Assembly (NCBI GenBank): GCA_973895155.1 | Contig: OZ316896.1 | Coordinates: forward strand, 13,000,549 to 13,064,548 | DNA from: Marsupella aquatica | Taxonomy: Eukaryota > Plantae > Marchantiophyta | DNA length: 64,000 bases | Reading direction: 5' to 3' | Shown here: in pieces, positions 1-13,900 of the stretch | How positions within the stretch are numbered: position 1 is the first letter of the stretch | Layout: the number at the start of each line of letters is the position of its first letter | The notes under the pieces: model-generated | What the model saw: only the letters and a program-made list of their open reading frames with translations | Database searches by the model: none | What the model was told of the DNA's origin: nothing | Program-made: the position numbers and the translations under genes

Positions 1-2175
1 AGTTGGAAGGCTTGGATGGAAATCCCATCCTAATGACTCTTTAAAAGCGTAGTAAATGGTTAAAGTTTTTTTTTAAAGCTTCAGTCTGTCTGTATTGACG
101 AGCTCCTAAGACAACCAAGCACGGATGGGGTCAGTCTGGCACCTAAAATGTTATCGTTTACAGAACTGACGGAAGTGTGACCTTTAAGGCCATTGGAACT
201 GCTTACTGCATGAACTCTTTCGTTGTCTATTCTAGTTCTAGTCATACCTTGGTTAGCCATATTTGATAAGGAAAAGTTATTTGAACTTTCCTCAAGACTT
301 TTGCAATTGGCCATTAAAAATTTTCCCAGCCAACAAGCTCTTTCAGTCTGCGTTTTCCAATATTTCTGCTGCACCTAGCCAAAACATGTGTCCGCTGCCT
401 ATTTCAGCAGGATAGATGTTTTCAGGGCATTTTGCCTCAAATAAAGTTTTTCAGGCTAAAGTATTTTAATTACTCCCCATTTTTTGGAACAGCTTGCATA
501 CTTTACACCCCACCATTTTTTAAGCAGCACATTTTGAGCTGACCCCAATTTGTTTTTAAATCATACGTGTTTGTGCAAACCTAATTACTACATTTCTCCG
601 AACATCCCACCTGCAATTCCAACGTTCCTGTTTCTTATCCATCCACATTGTCTACAACTGAATTGCATTGCCACTATTTACTTTCAGGATTGCTTACAAG
701 GCCACTTCAGTTCAGCATGCTCTACAGGACCAGTTCAGCATAGAGGTTCTTTTCAAATTTAGTGCGGTCAGGATTGGACTCGACTGAAATCAACAAATGT
801 CCAAACGGTTTAATCCTCGACTAGCTTGATCGAAGAACATTAACCAGGAATAAATGTTGCTCATTCTGCCCTACGTAGCTTTTCTTGATTAGCTTGTTCG
901 GAACAAGTAGTATGCATGGTGACAACACGGCCCCACAGAATTGGAGAAAATGCAGAATGTTGTCAAGATGAATTTGGTCATGAGCTGCTTCAATTGCTCA
1001 GGAAGAAAAGAACGTGCGCATGGACGAAACAGGGGTGGACTGACATGTCACTCATTCACTGAATGAGTGAATGAATCCATCCTCGAGAAGAAAGGAAGTG
1101 TTATCAATCTGACGAGGTGAAGCCAGACAATTTGGATCAGTACATTGAGTGAGACAGAAATTGCGTTTCAGTACATTGAGTGACGCTATTGATATGAACA
1201 TTTTTTTATGCTGGGAGAACTATGCTAAAGTGTCCTCTCAATTTTAAGTAAAGCCAAAGTGGGCCCGTCATATGATATTGGTATGAGCAGTTGTGATGAT
1301 TTCGGAAAGCAAAATCTTGCAAATCAATTGATAGCCCCGACTACTTGTTCGTTCAAGGCTTGAGTAGAGACACGACAACAAAATAGTAACCAAATATTTT
1401 TACTATTTCCTTCCTTTAAATATAAATGGAATGGATAAAAAGCAATGATTCATGTCATACATAATATACCATCATGTTCTATGCAAGGCCCCTATCCAAG
1501 GCCCTAGAGTCATGGTCTAGAGGTGACTCTAGCTTCCCCTTCGCACTTTATAACTAAGATTGATCGGAAGGGTTGTGATGACATCTGAGAGCAAAATCTT
1601 GGAGGTGACAGCTCAATTGTTGTCCTGCATGTATGTTGGAAGTGGAATTGGAAGTGGAAGCTCACTTGTTGTACTCTCGTTCTGATAAGCCCCACTCAAT
1701 GGTCCACCAAATGTAGCACCCCAAACGTTACAAAACCTCAGTGGACAATATAGTGTTCCAGTACAGCAAATCGTTTTGTAAAGCACATTGGAAGCTTTCG
1801 TGAATACCTATTTTGTCAAACAAGTGCGTGGTGAATTGAGAATCCTGTCTAGGAGATTGTCTTTCTTACTTCGTGTTAGCTGGAAGTTTCGAATCGGCCG
1901 TTGTTAAGCTTCGTCGTATGATAGTATCGTGAGGAGTAATCTTCTCTATGCTATCTCGTACTTAATTGTCTTCTCGAATTGTTTCGCTCTCAGCCTCAAA
2001 CTACTTCTATCCGATTTTGCAAACGTCAGAGAGATTGAGGACCCCGGTTCAGTTGTGCACTGAGCGCGAAGGCCGACGATCCTCCCTCTTTCGGCCGAAC
2101 CGATCAACTGGTCAATTACATTCAATCTTCCCTACAGCCGCTTCCTGTAATGTCCTCAATATTGAAATGTTTACA

Positions 2176-3186
2176 TTACAGACTTATAACCACTTTCTTT
2201 GCAGACATTGTCTTCTGAGCCTCGAGACCGTCCTGTATAGACTGGAGGCCCTTTCCGACCACAACAGCTTCAGGAGCGGGCACAAATTTGCCCTCAGCGA
2301 GAGCCTTTGGCAGGTACTCCTCGTACACAGCCTTGCCGACCTCGTTGTCCACAATGCCCCAGATCCACTTCGTTCTAACGGCGCCAGGCAGGTCCTCCGG
2401 AGCTTGAACGGCCGTAGAGATGAATTTGTGGCCTTGGGACTGGCTCAAGACTTCCGCGCAGACCTCCACTACTCCATCAATGGTGATGCAATCCAGCACG
2501 CCAGCGATCGTTTTGCCCTTGAATGCCTCAACGAGCTCCTGGACGATAGTTTTGCTCTTGTAGTCGAAGACCTGGCTGGCGCCGAGCTTTTTGACGTAGT
2601 CGAAGTTCTTCGGGGACGCAGTGGTGATGACCTCGTAGCCGGATGCAACGCCGAGCTGAATCCCGTTGCTGCCGACGCTTGACGCCCCTCCCCAGACGAG
2701 CAGGACCTGGCCTGTTGGCTTTGGACTCACGGACGGGTTCTGAAGCCCAAGGTAGTCTTTCTTATACAGACCGACGGCTGCAGTCGACAAGCCCAAGGGA
2801 AGGACCGCGGCAGCCTCGAAGGAGATGGTGCTGGGAATTGGCGATGACATGTAGTCATCTACCACGGTGTACTCCTGGAAAGCGCTTTGGGAGGCACGCT
2901 GGGAACCCAAGCAATTTCCGTGACCAAGCACGCGATCGCCCACTTGGAATCGGGTGACAGAATTGCCAACCTCCACGACCTCACCAGCAACATCTTCACC
3001 GAGTATAGTTGGATAGTTCAGTGGGAACAACGCTAGCTCTTGCAGCTTCCAGTCGACGGGATTGATGGCCACCGCAGCGTTCTTGATGACAATCTCACGC
3101 TCGTTGGGAGGGGTGTAAGGAGCCGGCCTGACCTCGAGTGGCTTTACCTTTTCTCCGACAAGCCATGCAGCCGTGTTGGATGGCAT
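2176..3186 (-). CDS. MDR-superfamily enoyl-reductase-like oxidoreductase (zinc-binding ADH family, CipB/LovC-like), copy 1
   Basis: Intact, intronless 336-aa ORF with NAAVAINPVDWK, ILGEDVAGEVVEVG, PLGLSTAA, the NADPH-binding WGGASSVG motif and C-terminal SAKKVVI. Confidence 0.9.
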   Translation of the reverse strand: MPSNTAAWLVGEKVKPLEVRPAPYTPPNEREIVIKNAAVAINPVDWKLQELALFPLNYPTILGEDVAGEVVEVGNSVTRFQVGDRVLGHGNCLGSQRASQSAFQEYTVVDDYMSSPIPSTISFEAAAVLPLGLSTAAVGLYKKDYLGLQNPSVSPKPTGQVLLVWGGASSVGSNGIQLGVASGYEVITTASPKNFDYVKKLGASQVFDYKSKTIVQELVEAFKGKTIAGVLDCITIDGVVEVCAEVLSQSQGHKFISTAVQAPEDLPGAVRTKWIWGIVDNEVGKAVYEEYLPKALAEGKFVPAPEAVVVGKGLQSIQDGLEAQKTMSAKKVVISL

Positions 3187-3580
3187 TTTAGCGACGACGA
3201 TGAGTTCCGAGGCGGCGAAGGAGCAGAAAAACAGTTCGCTGCTGTCGAAGATGAGAACGGGACAGAGAACAGGATCCTGTCAAACTAGCTCCCGTCGAAG
3301 CAAATGACTTATCGATCAACGCAACAGCTTTCGAATTGTGTGTTGGCTATAAACAATCGGCCGTGGGCGTTGGAGGCAATGTGATGCGGGGTGTCTCGAT
3401 CATGACACCTTGAAAGTTCCACGCAGAGAAAAATCCTCGTCTCTGCAGGGAACGGAACGGTTGAATGCAGATTCGATCAGATTTTAATGGATATACACAT
3501 ACTTTATACAGAAAAAGGCCAAATAGAGTACAAAAGAATAAACAAGAGAGGTCCCAAGTGGACAAAACCAAACGCAGAAA

Positions 3581-3674
3581 AAGTGAGCAAAAGGAAACCC
3601 TAAAAACCAAGAAAGAGTAACTAAAAGAAGTGAGCAAAAGGAAACCCCTAAAAACCAAGAAAGAGTAACTAAAA
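3581..3674. repeat. ~47-bp direct repeat x2 in the retroelement 3' UTR
   Basis: aagtgagcaaaaggaaaccc(c)taaaaaccaagaaagagtaactaaaa occurs twice. Confidence 0.9.
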
Positions 3675-3726
3675 CTACCGCAAATGGACCGAGGTCCTCA
3701 TCATACCTAGCAAATGTGGCTACAAG

Positions 3727-6700
3727 CTAGTGGTCTACATCAAGTGTCGAAACTAGATCGGCAAGTGGGACAGGAATGTCCTCTAGGGGGGCTAGCCGCT
3801 GCGGAGTCACACTAGCACCCACTGTCAGAGATCGACGATAGACGGCCCGAGCTTGAGCACGCTGTAAGGTGACTGAAATGCGTTGGCGAAAGTGCGTGGT
3901 CAAAACAGATAGCGGGGGCCCGGTGGGACCCATCCGGCCGTGAACATCCCGAGCAGCTTGGCGAAGAAGCCCGTCGAACTGATGATGGAGACGCCCAAAT
4001 ATCTCAAGAGCAAGGGGCAGGAAGCTATCAGATGAAGCTCGTGCAGCATATTTGGCCTCCTTCGTTTGTGCTGCTCGTGATGCTGCTGCCCCTGCCGTTG
4101 TTGCCGCTGTCCCAATGATGTCTTGGCGCAATGGGTTTGCCACCACAACATCTGCCAAAGTACGGTGACCGTCACGGACCATGGCAAGATCCACCCGTAA
4201 CCGCTGTGATGGAGGACCAGGTAACTCGAGCACCACCTCCCGCCGCGCGCAGACCAAAGAGCTAGAGAGAACCTGAGCAATCGCATCTCTCACAGTGTCG
4301 TGAACAAAAATGGTTTCGCCGCCCAAACTGCATCGAAGAAGATGGACACCTGTGGCATCACAAGGCTTCCCACAAGTGCAAGTAGGAGGTAAACCAGCAA
4401 GAAGTGGGTAGGGCAAGCCCATACGAAGACGCATGGTTGTCGCAAACTCCGCTGAAGACATCCGCAGGTGAGGAATGACTGGATTGGCCTGAAGCCAGCC
4501 TCCTGCGCCCTTCCCTCCGGAAGAAAGAATCTGAGCTCGGTCCGTGTCAGGTGCCTTGGTGAGGATGCTGGAGAGGGTGAAAGCGTGCATACGTCCAGCA
4601 AGGTCTGCCTAAAGACGGACGGGGTCCAAGGATAAAACCTCCTGGAATGAAGGTAACGCAGCTCGAACAGGTAATGATGACCGAGCCGTGCGCAAATGAA
4701 CCTGAAATGGGAGGGAACCCTCCTCGACCTCCATGAGAGATGAAAGTAAAAAAAGGTCGATCCTCAATAAGGAAACGATCTGCCAACAATGAGAAGGCGG
4801 CCGCCCACGCGCCCAAGAAGGCCAAAGGTGCAAGGCGCTCAGTGGAAGTAAGCCCAAAACCACCGTGAGAAATAGGAAGACTGAGCTGTCGATGAAGCCA
4901 CGGAGATGAGAGTAAAGTACCTGGCCCTAAAAGAGAGGCCAAAGTCTCACGAATGGAGACATCAAACGCTCGGAGGTGTAGAGAAAGATCCTTGGTAGGG
5001 GGATGTGTCCGAGCCAAATAGGACGCACGAGGGTGGATGCATCTCAATAACAACCCAAATGCTGCCTGAGATTCTGCTAACTTAGGGAGCATAGGAGTAG
5101 GGGCTAAGGCAGCCTGGAGAGCGTCAGCAATGAAAGATGAGCAAAAGGAGGCGGTACCGACTGGGGAGCCAAGGACCCAAAGACCGTCGGCAGGACGTAA
5201 GAACCCAGGGGGAAGCGCAAGATCAGAGGGTAACCCAGCTGGACTCCATGCACGACTCTTCACCAGCTGTACTCGTAAACCGAGGCCCAACAAATGGGTG
5301 GAAAGGGTGGCGAGGGCAGAAGTAACAGCAAAAGCTGGACCAATGATGTGGGTGTCATCTGAAAGGGAGGGGAAGATACACTGGGGGTGGGCCGCGGAGG
5401 CTTCTCGTAAAGCAGTAAAATGGGCAATGGCAAAAAGAGGCCCACCCAAAGGGTCACCCTGACGTGTACTTTCTGCAGAAGAAAGAGTGGTATACACTCC
5501 TGTAGAGGTGTGATGACTATAGAAGAGGGGGGCCTCACACCCATAAAAACAACGGACAAAGGGGATAAGGGACTGGATGTCTGGATCCGCTGCCCTCAAA
5601 GCACGAAAAATTGCTGCCCGAGAAACCGTATTGAAAGCATTGGAGACATCAACCTGGAGGACAACCCAATCAGGGTGGAGGTCCATGGTAGTACGAATAC
5701 CCGCAATAACTGTCTCACAACCGCCAGGAACGCCCACTGCAAACTGATGTGGAGAGAGATGATCTGATAGTGCAGAGCGATACTGCGATGAAAGTGCGCG
5801 AGACACCAGACGAAGAAAAACCTCTCCAATAGCTATGGGCCGAACACCCGGTGAAGACTTAGCCATGGCCAATAAACGAGAAGCACTCAAAAGCCGAGAG
5901 ACGGGAGGAGGCAAACGGCCGGCAACGATACACTGGCAAAAGGAGAAGAAAACTGGAAAACCAGACTGAGGATCCTCAGGGGGGAATAAATCACGAAAAT
6001 GCTCAAAGACATAGCCAGAGGGGCCACCAGCCGCGCAACGCGGAGCATGGAGGAAAGCATAGGTGAAGTGGTCCCTACTAAACTGAAGATCCTCCTCAGG
6101 CTCAAAATCCTCCACGAACAAAGGGAGCTGATCACAGGGCTGCGGATGGAGATCCTGAAGGGCCGTCAAGGTGACCTCGCCAGGGGGGGCTGGTGTGGTG
6201 GGAGAAAGGGCCTGGACCGCACGACGATATTCACCAGCCTGGGCCAAACGACAAGAGTGACGAAGGCGTCTGTGCTCTGGAGGATGAGAGTGGCGAGCTG
6301 GGTCAGACAAAGCACGGGTAGTAAAGGAACGGGCTCGAAGAAAGTACTCTTCCTGAAGCTGTTCCCAATCTCCCCGTAGAAAACGATGGATACGAGAGGC
6401 AGTCTCACGATGACCCACGCGACCACCGTGACTAGGGAGGGTAAGAGTCCACTGTGGAAAAAGCATGAGTAAAGACCAATAGGAGACCTCGATAGGATGC
6501 GCCAAGATAAGCTGCATGAGTTGCAACAAGGATGACCGAACTAATGGGCGCAACGCTAGTGGGATGTGGTTATAAAGGCGAGGTCTAATGTACCCTGGAT
6601 GGTAGGCTGGAAGGGGGTCTAGAGAGCGAACCCAACTCCATGCCTGCTCGGAAGCCTCCAAGGAAGGAGGGGCAGAGCTAACTGGGTCAAGAGGGGGCTG

Positions 6701-7135
6701 GGGCTGGGGCTGGGATTGGGCTTGCTGGCGACGTTGGCACTGGCCCCGCCCGCGGTGATGAGGAAGGGAGAGGCCAACCCAGCCACACTCAGGACAAGTA
6801 TGCAGGGGACGCTCGTCTGGGGAGGGAGCAGGGAACGACTGGACAGGAGGTGGGGGGGGAACCGACGTGGATGAAGAGGCCGGAGGGGGATGCTGGAGGG
6901 GTGGAGGGGGAATGGGCTGGGGAGAGGAGCCAGGGCGTCGATGGGGTGGGCAGTAGACTGGGGGGACCGGCAGAACATCGGGCATGGGGTCATCACGAAG
7001 ATGAGAGAGATCCAATGAAGAAGAGCAAACACGAAGGCGACCACGAGGCGGGGGGGAGGAGGGGGGAGAACTGTGTGGGGGGGCTGGGCGCTTGCCCCGC
7101 GCCAACACTCTCAACGTAGACATGATAGGTCGCAA
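3727..7135 (-). pseudogene. Non-LTR RT-RLE polyprotein, disrupted
   Basis: N-terminal CPECG..HH zinc finger; RT motifs RPIAIGE, QFAVG, DVSNAFN, QGDPLGG, LSDD; CTCG..HLLRC knuckle; HDTVRD and RVDL..LADVVV (PD-(D/E)xK-type RLE). Frameshift in the T-run at ~4747-4754 and an in-frame TAG at ~4609. Confidence 0.85.
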
Positions 7136-8468
7136 CCCGATAAAAGCAAAAGCGCATCAAGAAGCAACAAAAGGCCCAACCAAGACATGTGAAAAGAAAG
7201 GGAAGGCTATGGAGAGAGCCCACCGCGTCAAAATCCGAGAAGCGGCGCCCCCGCTAGCCTAGAAAACCGTTGAGCACGTGCAAGCACAGCCGGGAACAAA
7301 GCTGGAGCTCTCGTCAATGTGTCCGTTGAGGAGTCGATGCGAGTGAATATCTCTCCGCTGATTTGAGTGTGCTGCTACAGCTCCCAAAGATGGTGGAATG
7401 CAAACTGGTCCACTAAACTTGGCAAAAACCACCTTGTCAGAACTGAAGAAGAAAGACAACCACCAATCGGAGGAGAAACGTGGCAAGCCAGGAATGCTCC
7501 AAAGCTGATCAAGGGAAACCGTCACCAAAAATGGAGGAGTAAATCAGAATCGTAATCGGAGCCGAAAGTGGTTGATATGTCACCAAAAGGACCGCGGTAG
7601 GGATAGATGTTGCACTCCCGGACAAGAGCTGGCCAAATCACATGAGAATGCCGGATTCCGTGAACGAGGAACTGCTACAGGACCCTAAAGCTAATTGAAA
7701 GTGAGAACGGTGGAAATTGAAGAAAAAACGTGAGAGCTAATCAAAGTCCAATCGGGGCAATAGGAGACCAATTGGACCGCTCTTGGGATCAATCTGATGC
7801 TCCCGGAGAAGAGCTATACAAAGCACTTGAGAAATCTGAAATCCGTGAAAGATTGACCGAGATATGACCGTCGAAAGGAAGACGAAAATCGTAGAAAAAT
7901 GACTGAAAAACGGCGAAAACGAATGTGACCATAAGTATGTTGATACGGCACCGTTTTGGACGTGTTTTATATCGATTTGATGCGCCTCGGCAAGAGCAAG
8001 CTAATGCAACTGAGAAAACTGGATTCCGAGAAAAACTGAGTGCGGGAGGGTAGTCGAAATGGCGCAAAAACTGTGCTACAGTTTGACCTCCATAGCCAGG
8101 AGCTCAAAGACTGAGGGGGACCGGAATCACAGCATCAGCAGGAGCCCCTGCTCTCCTTTGAAAAGTCAAAGTTGGATGGCTTCACCATCCAACTTTGACT
8201 TTTCAAAGTTGGATCAGATGGCTTACACTAGGATGGAGGGTTTGGGTTTGCATTGAAGCATGGTTGCCTTATATAGATCTGAGAGGAGCCATGGAACCAA
8301 ATCGAAACTGAAGAGAGACCACGGAGGTCATTGGAGACCCGGAAGGCCACCACCCGGTGAACAATCCAACCGAATAAATTATATCCTGTTGTTTCGCTTA
8401 CAGAAAGGAGTGGAGTGAGAAATTTCATGTCAAAAAGGACCCCATGAACAACCGAAAGTTTGAAAATT

Positions 8469-8682
8469 TCAGTGTGTGTGTGGGTGGGGTGTAGTGGTGG
8501 GAGTATTGGTTTTTCTTCAGCCCTGGCTGGTCCGCTTTGGGCTCTGGTCCAACCCTCTCTCCCTCCTGGTCCTGGGTATGACCCCCCTTGTGGGCTACCC
8601 TACAGAGGTGCATGCTCCGGAGTTGATGGTCTATCCTCTGTTGGATTGGTCAGCTTTCGGTTTCAAGGCAAAAAAAAAAAAC
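8469..8682 (+). mobile_element. 5'-truncated poly(A)-tailed retroposon (SINE-like) with a 32-bp target-site duplication
   Basis: A-tail at ~8670-8681. ggaccccatgaacaaccgaaagtttgaaaatt at both 8437-8468 and 8683-8714. Body homologous to ~10740-10975. Confidence 0.8.
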
Positions 8683-10644
8683 GGACCCCATGAACAACCG
8701 AAAGTTTGAAAATTGACCCATAAAGACACGCTGAAATCTAGCAGTACTTGGGAATGCCCTGTGGCACCTAGAGCAATCCAGCGGCTTCGAGGAATGCGCA
8801 TTTGGATTTCTGTGACCTCCCTGGTTCAGCTTTCACCAGACCTGTGAACTCAGGCAGAGTGTTATAATTTGAGTAGAATGCAAGGAATGATGGTGGCGAA
8901 ACTTCTCCTAGACCTCCACTGTCATCGTAGAATGTAAGGAATGATCGTAGCGAAACTTCTCCGAGACCTTTGGATGTGCAGGTCGAGGCGATGGCAGCTC
9001 CGCGTGTCTTCCGCTGAGACAGAGGATACCGAACAAGGACCAAATTTCTACCAATAGCTGAACAAAGTACAATGGAGCAAACGCAAAAGATATGCTGTCC
9101 ACATGTCGAATTGCCGCGTGTATACTTGCATTACAAGGATGTGGTCCACTAATGGTGGAGCTTCTTCCTTTTGTAAATGCTCCAAAAATGCAGTGTGCAT
9201 CTCGACCATCACCAAAAAACACAAATGTACAAGTGCATTTCTAGGTGTACACTTACACTTATCGTGAACTGCAAAGAACACACAATGTGCTTTGGATTCC
9301 TATTAAGAGTTGCAAAGATTTAAAAACTAAATTAACTTCTGATTTTATTACACATGAACCCTTGATGGAGGGAAATAGCGGGCCAATGAAAGCATAACAG
9401 CACCCAAAAGGGTACAAGAGACCAAAGTGGCACACAAAGAGAAAAAAAGGTGGAGGGCACAGCGGGGCATGTGAACATGGGTCACCTGGCCAAAACTACA
9501 CAACACTCAAAGAAAAGTAGTCACTGCACCACCTTCCCAGACTCACCAACAAGAGCAATCAAATCATAGTAAGCAATGGGCTAGTGTGACCATTACTCAA
9601 CAACATTCTAATGGGCATCCTAATCAATCTAACCTGCAGATGCCGTATAGGCTTGTGCTTGAGTACAGTTGTTCATGTAAACAGCTAGCAAGGTACTCAA
9701 ATCAAGTGTATTTGCAGTGATCTGGTCTGTCCTGCCATCTAACTGAGAGAAAAGTAAAGCATAAACCAATTCAGAGGTAGAGAGTTAGAGTAGTCTTGGA
9801 CCTTGTAGGATCCAACAGGCATACTAAACACCCTCATTTGAGATCCATAATTCTACATATACAGGAACCAAATGGATAGAGATCACTTTTTGGGCCTTTA
9901 GGGTGGCTTCCCACCTAAGGTTATCTTTACGACTAATATTGTTAAATGAAAAGAAAACTAGGCACACCTTTCCCGCCGGTTCAAGTGGTGTGCTTAGTCA
10001 AATCCGAGGTTAAATCTCATAGTTATAGTCAGTTACGAGCATCAGTTAGGCTCAGTCACTGGGCAAGTACTTAACAAGAAAATATTTAATTTTTAAGGGG
10101 AAACTTGTGAAACCCCACATAAAGAGATCAGTCACTCACAACTTTTGAAACCAAGACCTATGAGTCACTACTCATGTGAGCTACCACATAGCCATGCCTC
10201 TCCACAAAAACTTGGAACTTAACTATTGATAAGTTTTTTTACTCCCACAGTCTGTGGTGGTGGGGTCATTGGAATGTAGATTCCCGAGCTCAATGCTGGA
10301 CACAAGCAACTGCCAACATAAGCAATCTGTCAAGTCATGGCGAGGAGTTTGTTCTTTCATGCGGGGACTCCTTGAACACAAAACAGTGGTGCTCATTTTC
10401 TCTCAATGAGTGTTGTCAGAATTGGTCCGTGAATTTGATGGAGAGAGGAAAACCCAGCAACTCTAAGCTTGATGGTGATGTCACCGATGGCCATGGAATA
10501 GCCATTCTCCTTCAGCTTCTTGGAAATATCACTCGTGTACTGGGAGACAGTCCATCTGCTCGAGTATCTCCTTCTTGTACCCAAATCCATTCCTGTTGTA
10601 GGTGCTGCTTGAATTGAGCGACCTTCTGAACCCCTTTGTGTCAA

Positions 10645-10978
10645 ACGCCTCTGTGAGGAAAGCCTCAGAGTGAGCCCAGAACCAAGAGGTCCTAGGGTCA
10701 ATCCCCCCCCTCCACACGCAAGGGGTATGGAGGGTATGTGTGTGCATGTGTGGATGGGGTGCAGGTGGGAGTCCTAGTTTCTCCTCAGCCCCTGGCTAGC
10801 CTACTTTAGGGCCTGGTCCAACCCTCTCTCCCTCCTGGTCTGGGTCCCTGTCAGATCCTTGGGCTATTGTACCCCCTTGTGGGCTACCTATAGTGGCGCA
10901 TACTCCAAAGTAGAACCTCTATCCTTAGTTGAATGGGTTAAGAGGTCTACTTTTTTGGCTTTCAAAGCAAAAAAGAAA
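10645..10978 (+). mobile_element. Longer copy of the same SINE-like family, with a possible tRNA-derived head
   Basis: Shares ggtccaaccctctctccctcctggtc and ccccttgtgggctacc and an A-rich tail with 8469-8682. B-box-like gaggtcctagggtcaatcc at ~10686-10704. Confidence 0.6.
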
Positions 10979-13900
10979 GTCAACATATTATTCTCTTGTT
11001 TTTGTTTTAATCCAAAAATTAACATATACACTAACAAGTTAGTCTTTACTAAACAAAGCTCAGATGGACCAAGACAATGTCCCTACCCATCCCCATGGAC
11101 TGCGTAAAGCATTCATTGCTTTTACAACAAAAAGAAAAAAGAACTGGTCAAGGATTGCAGCCGACAACTTTGACTACCTTGGGAAGAAAGTAGTCAAGAT
11201 TTCATGGTGATGCTGAGTAATGGCATGACATCTTTCAGGGGGAGGGGGGGGGGGGAGGGGATTTTGAAGGTCGTCAAGTCAACAAGTTACTAAGAAAACT
11301 GTTTTGGTAATATAATTGAAACATTTCAATCAAATGTGTAAACAATGTTATCTGAGTCAGTTGAAATGTTCTGAGCAAGTCCATCCCGGGGTCCATCCCA
11401 AGCCAATTTAAATGTTCTGAGGAAGTCCATCCAAGCCACTTTAAATGTTATGAGCAAGTACATCCAATCCTTGCCAGTCGATCCAGGTTTCATAGACAAA
11501 TTGGAGGTCTATCCCGGCTTTAGTTTCCATTGGTCACGTGATTTCCAGTGGTCGTGGGAAAACGATTAGATCATTCTTAAAATCATCACAAAGTTCTTTC
11601 CAACTTTTCACAGGCACCCTAAAATATGTGGTCCTTCAGGGCCCAAAATCTTAATAACTATTTATTTTCTGTGCCAAGGGGGATGGCACTTAGTGTAAGG
11701 TATTCTGAACTGTTGGTATAATTTCTAATTTTACAAAGGACAATTAGAGCTGGCTACAAGCTACTCTGAACCAAGTACGTACTTGACAATTCACGAGAGA
11801 AAATCATACTTCTTTCCATTGGTCACGTGATTTTTTAGGAAAGGATTTGGCAAAAAATTGGCATAAAGCAAAGCTGGCTCTATGAGCCATCCCAAGCCCT
11901 CCTAAGGATTGTTTTCTCTGCTCCTGCTGGCAAAAGGTCATAGGTCTCTTGAAATTCATCTGCTGCACTGTCTCCATTTCACCAACCAAAAAAAAGAGCG
12001 GTACCAAGCTGAGGTGCTCCATGGTGGCTACTCCCTTTTCTATTCAATGGTCCTCGTCAGGCCAACTACCAAACTGATGGAATAAGTGGCAGATATTCTT
12101 TCATCATTCGCCAAATACTTATCTCCCTACTGGAGCTACTTTGACAGATCTAACGACCCTACTTAAGTCTAGAAAGATATATAACACAGTGCCCAAGAAA
12201 GACCAGACAATTCGGAAACATCCATCATTCACTAGAATAAAAAGAGAATCTACCTCCAAAAGATAGTCATTCTACCGTACTGCTTAATATATGATAAAGT
12301 TGTGGTGGTTTAATGATAAAGTCGCAGTACAGCTGTGCGACTCAATTGTAAACTACTTTCTTTCTGGACTAAGGTATTATTGCACAATAATATTTATTTT
12401 CAACCAGGCATTTTGTACCCAGTGTGCTTCTTGAGAGGTGTCTCCCAGCACTAAGGTAATACCTCCTTCAAAATTTAATGAACAAAAAGGCTGTTGATTG
12501 GGACACATCACAGATGGGTGCATGGGTTCTGTCTCTCTTGGTGGGGGGCGAGTGTGCATGCCTAGGGCTCTATGAGGACCCCTTTTTGGATTCTGGATTA
12601 AGTTATCTGAATCAACTCACCTATTGCTCGAAAAGGTGGAGGGCACATGGAGACGTAACGACTTGAGGGCCACAGCGAAGACTTTGGGCACTTCTTGGTC
12701 AGTTTCTGACGAAGCTGACTGAAAGGGCTGAATCGGAAGACTCTAGGGGCGCCTGGGGAAAGTGCTTGATTGCTTCGCTGCATCTCCTATTTTACAACTA
12801 ATAAAGATTCACTTACCAGCTTTTCTGATGGACTCTCGAAACTATAAGTATGCTTCGAGAAAATGAAAACTTCCTAAATTAGGAGCAATGGAAGCAGTGG
12901 GGAGGGTGGTGTAGAGGAGGTGCGAGGAAGGATACCCAGACTCCGCGATGCTTTTTCTTGGAAGGGGCTCCATTGGTGTCTAACATTTGGAGGCTTGTTC
13001 TTGGAAGGGACTGGCCATGTCGAGACACTGCCCAGGGAGTGGGCCTCGGTTCATGAGACTGATGATGGGACCATTCGAGGAGTCAACTTAGCTATTGGTG
13101 GGAAACTTCGCCTGAGTGTGTTAACCGAAAGTTCTCCGTAAAGTACGAAAGCGATCCCGGTCGAATGATTTTTGATAGTTTTGATTTTTGATAGTTTTTG
13201 ATGTTTAAGATTCACTTAAAAAAAAATTGCTGCCAGTTCGATTTCTGGTGCCATTTCGTTTTGTTTGCAGGTCTTGCATACTCTGAACAACAATTTTCTC
13301 ATTTGCAAAGATTTCGCTAAAACTAAAATCTTTGCAGGTGAGGGAAGGAGATACCTGAACATAGATAAAGGGAGGTTTGGAGAGCGCATCTCGTGTCAAC
13401 TTCAATTGAAACTGTTACTCCGGATGCTGCCATGTCTTTTGACAAGACTTGGGGCACTCGAGGAACTCAATGCGTTTGTTGAAATCGTGTTACTGCCTTT
13501 GTAATTGTGAGGATAGAGTATCTGGCTGTGTTTAAGAAGTTGGAAATGTCCTGCCTGTGGTGATGCAAATTACACAAGATGGAGCTTAGGCCACTCCACA
13601 GGGAGCTTTGCCTCCAGTTTCTAGGACTTGCAGGTGTTCCCGCAGAAAGACCCTGTCAGTATGCTCGATGAGTGGAGGATATTGGCTTGATCCTTAGTAA
13701 CATGCATCATGTTTCAACTCTTTGCCTTCCCATCAGGCAAACAAAACATTTGCCTCTTGCAAACGTGTGCATGACTGGTTTATGGTTGCTGAAATCTCAG
13801 TTGAGGTAACTGTGGAGTGATTATTCATTTAATGATGTTTTTGCAGGCGGCGGCCACACTGATGCACATGTTTGATCCATAAATCGAACGGCGTAAAGAT

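Larger units (their letters stand above)
3500..7700 (-). mobile_element. CRE-clade-like non-LTR retrotransposon (RT + restriction-like endonuclease); ends approximate
   Basis: Single RT-RLE reading frame followed by a T-rich 3' UTR at ~3500-3726. No TSD identified. Confidence 0.75.

Noticed and set aside
1-1900. Short ORFs at the window start
   Set aside because: No recognisable motifs; treated as intergenic or decayed repeat.
1966-2682. 238-aa plus-strand ORF
   Set aside because: Antisense shadow of the reductase gene; no independent motifs.
10650-10710. tRNA gene
   Set aside because: Only a degenerate B-box-like motif, with no cloverleaf; better explained as a SINE head.
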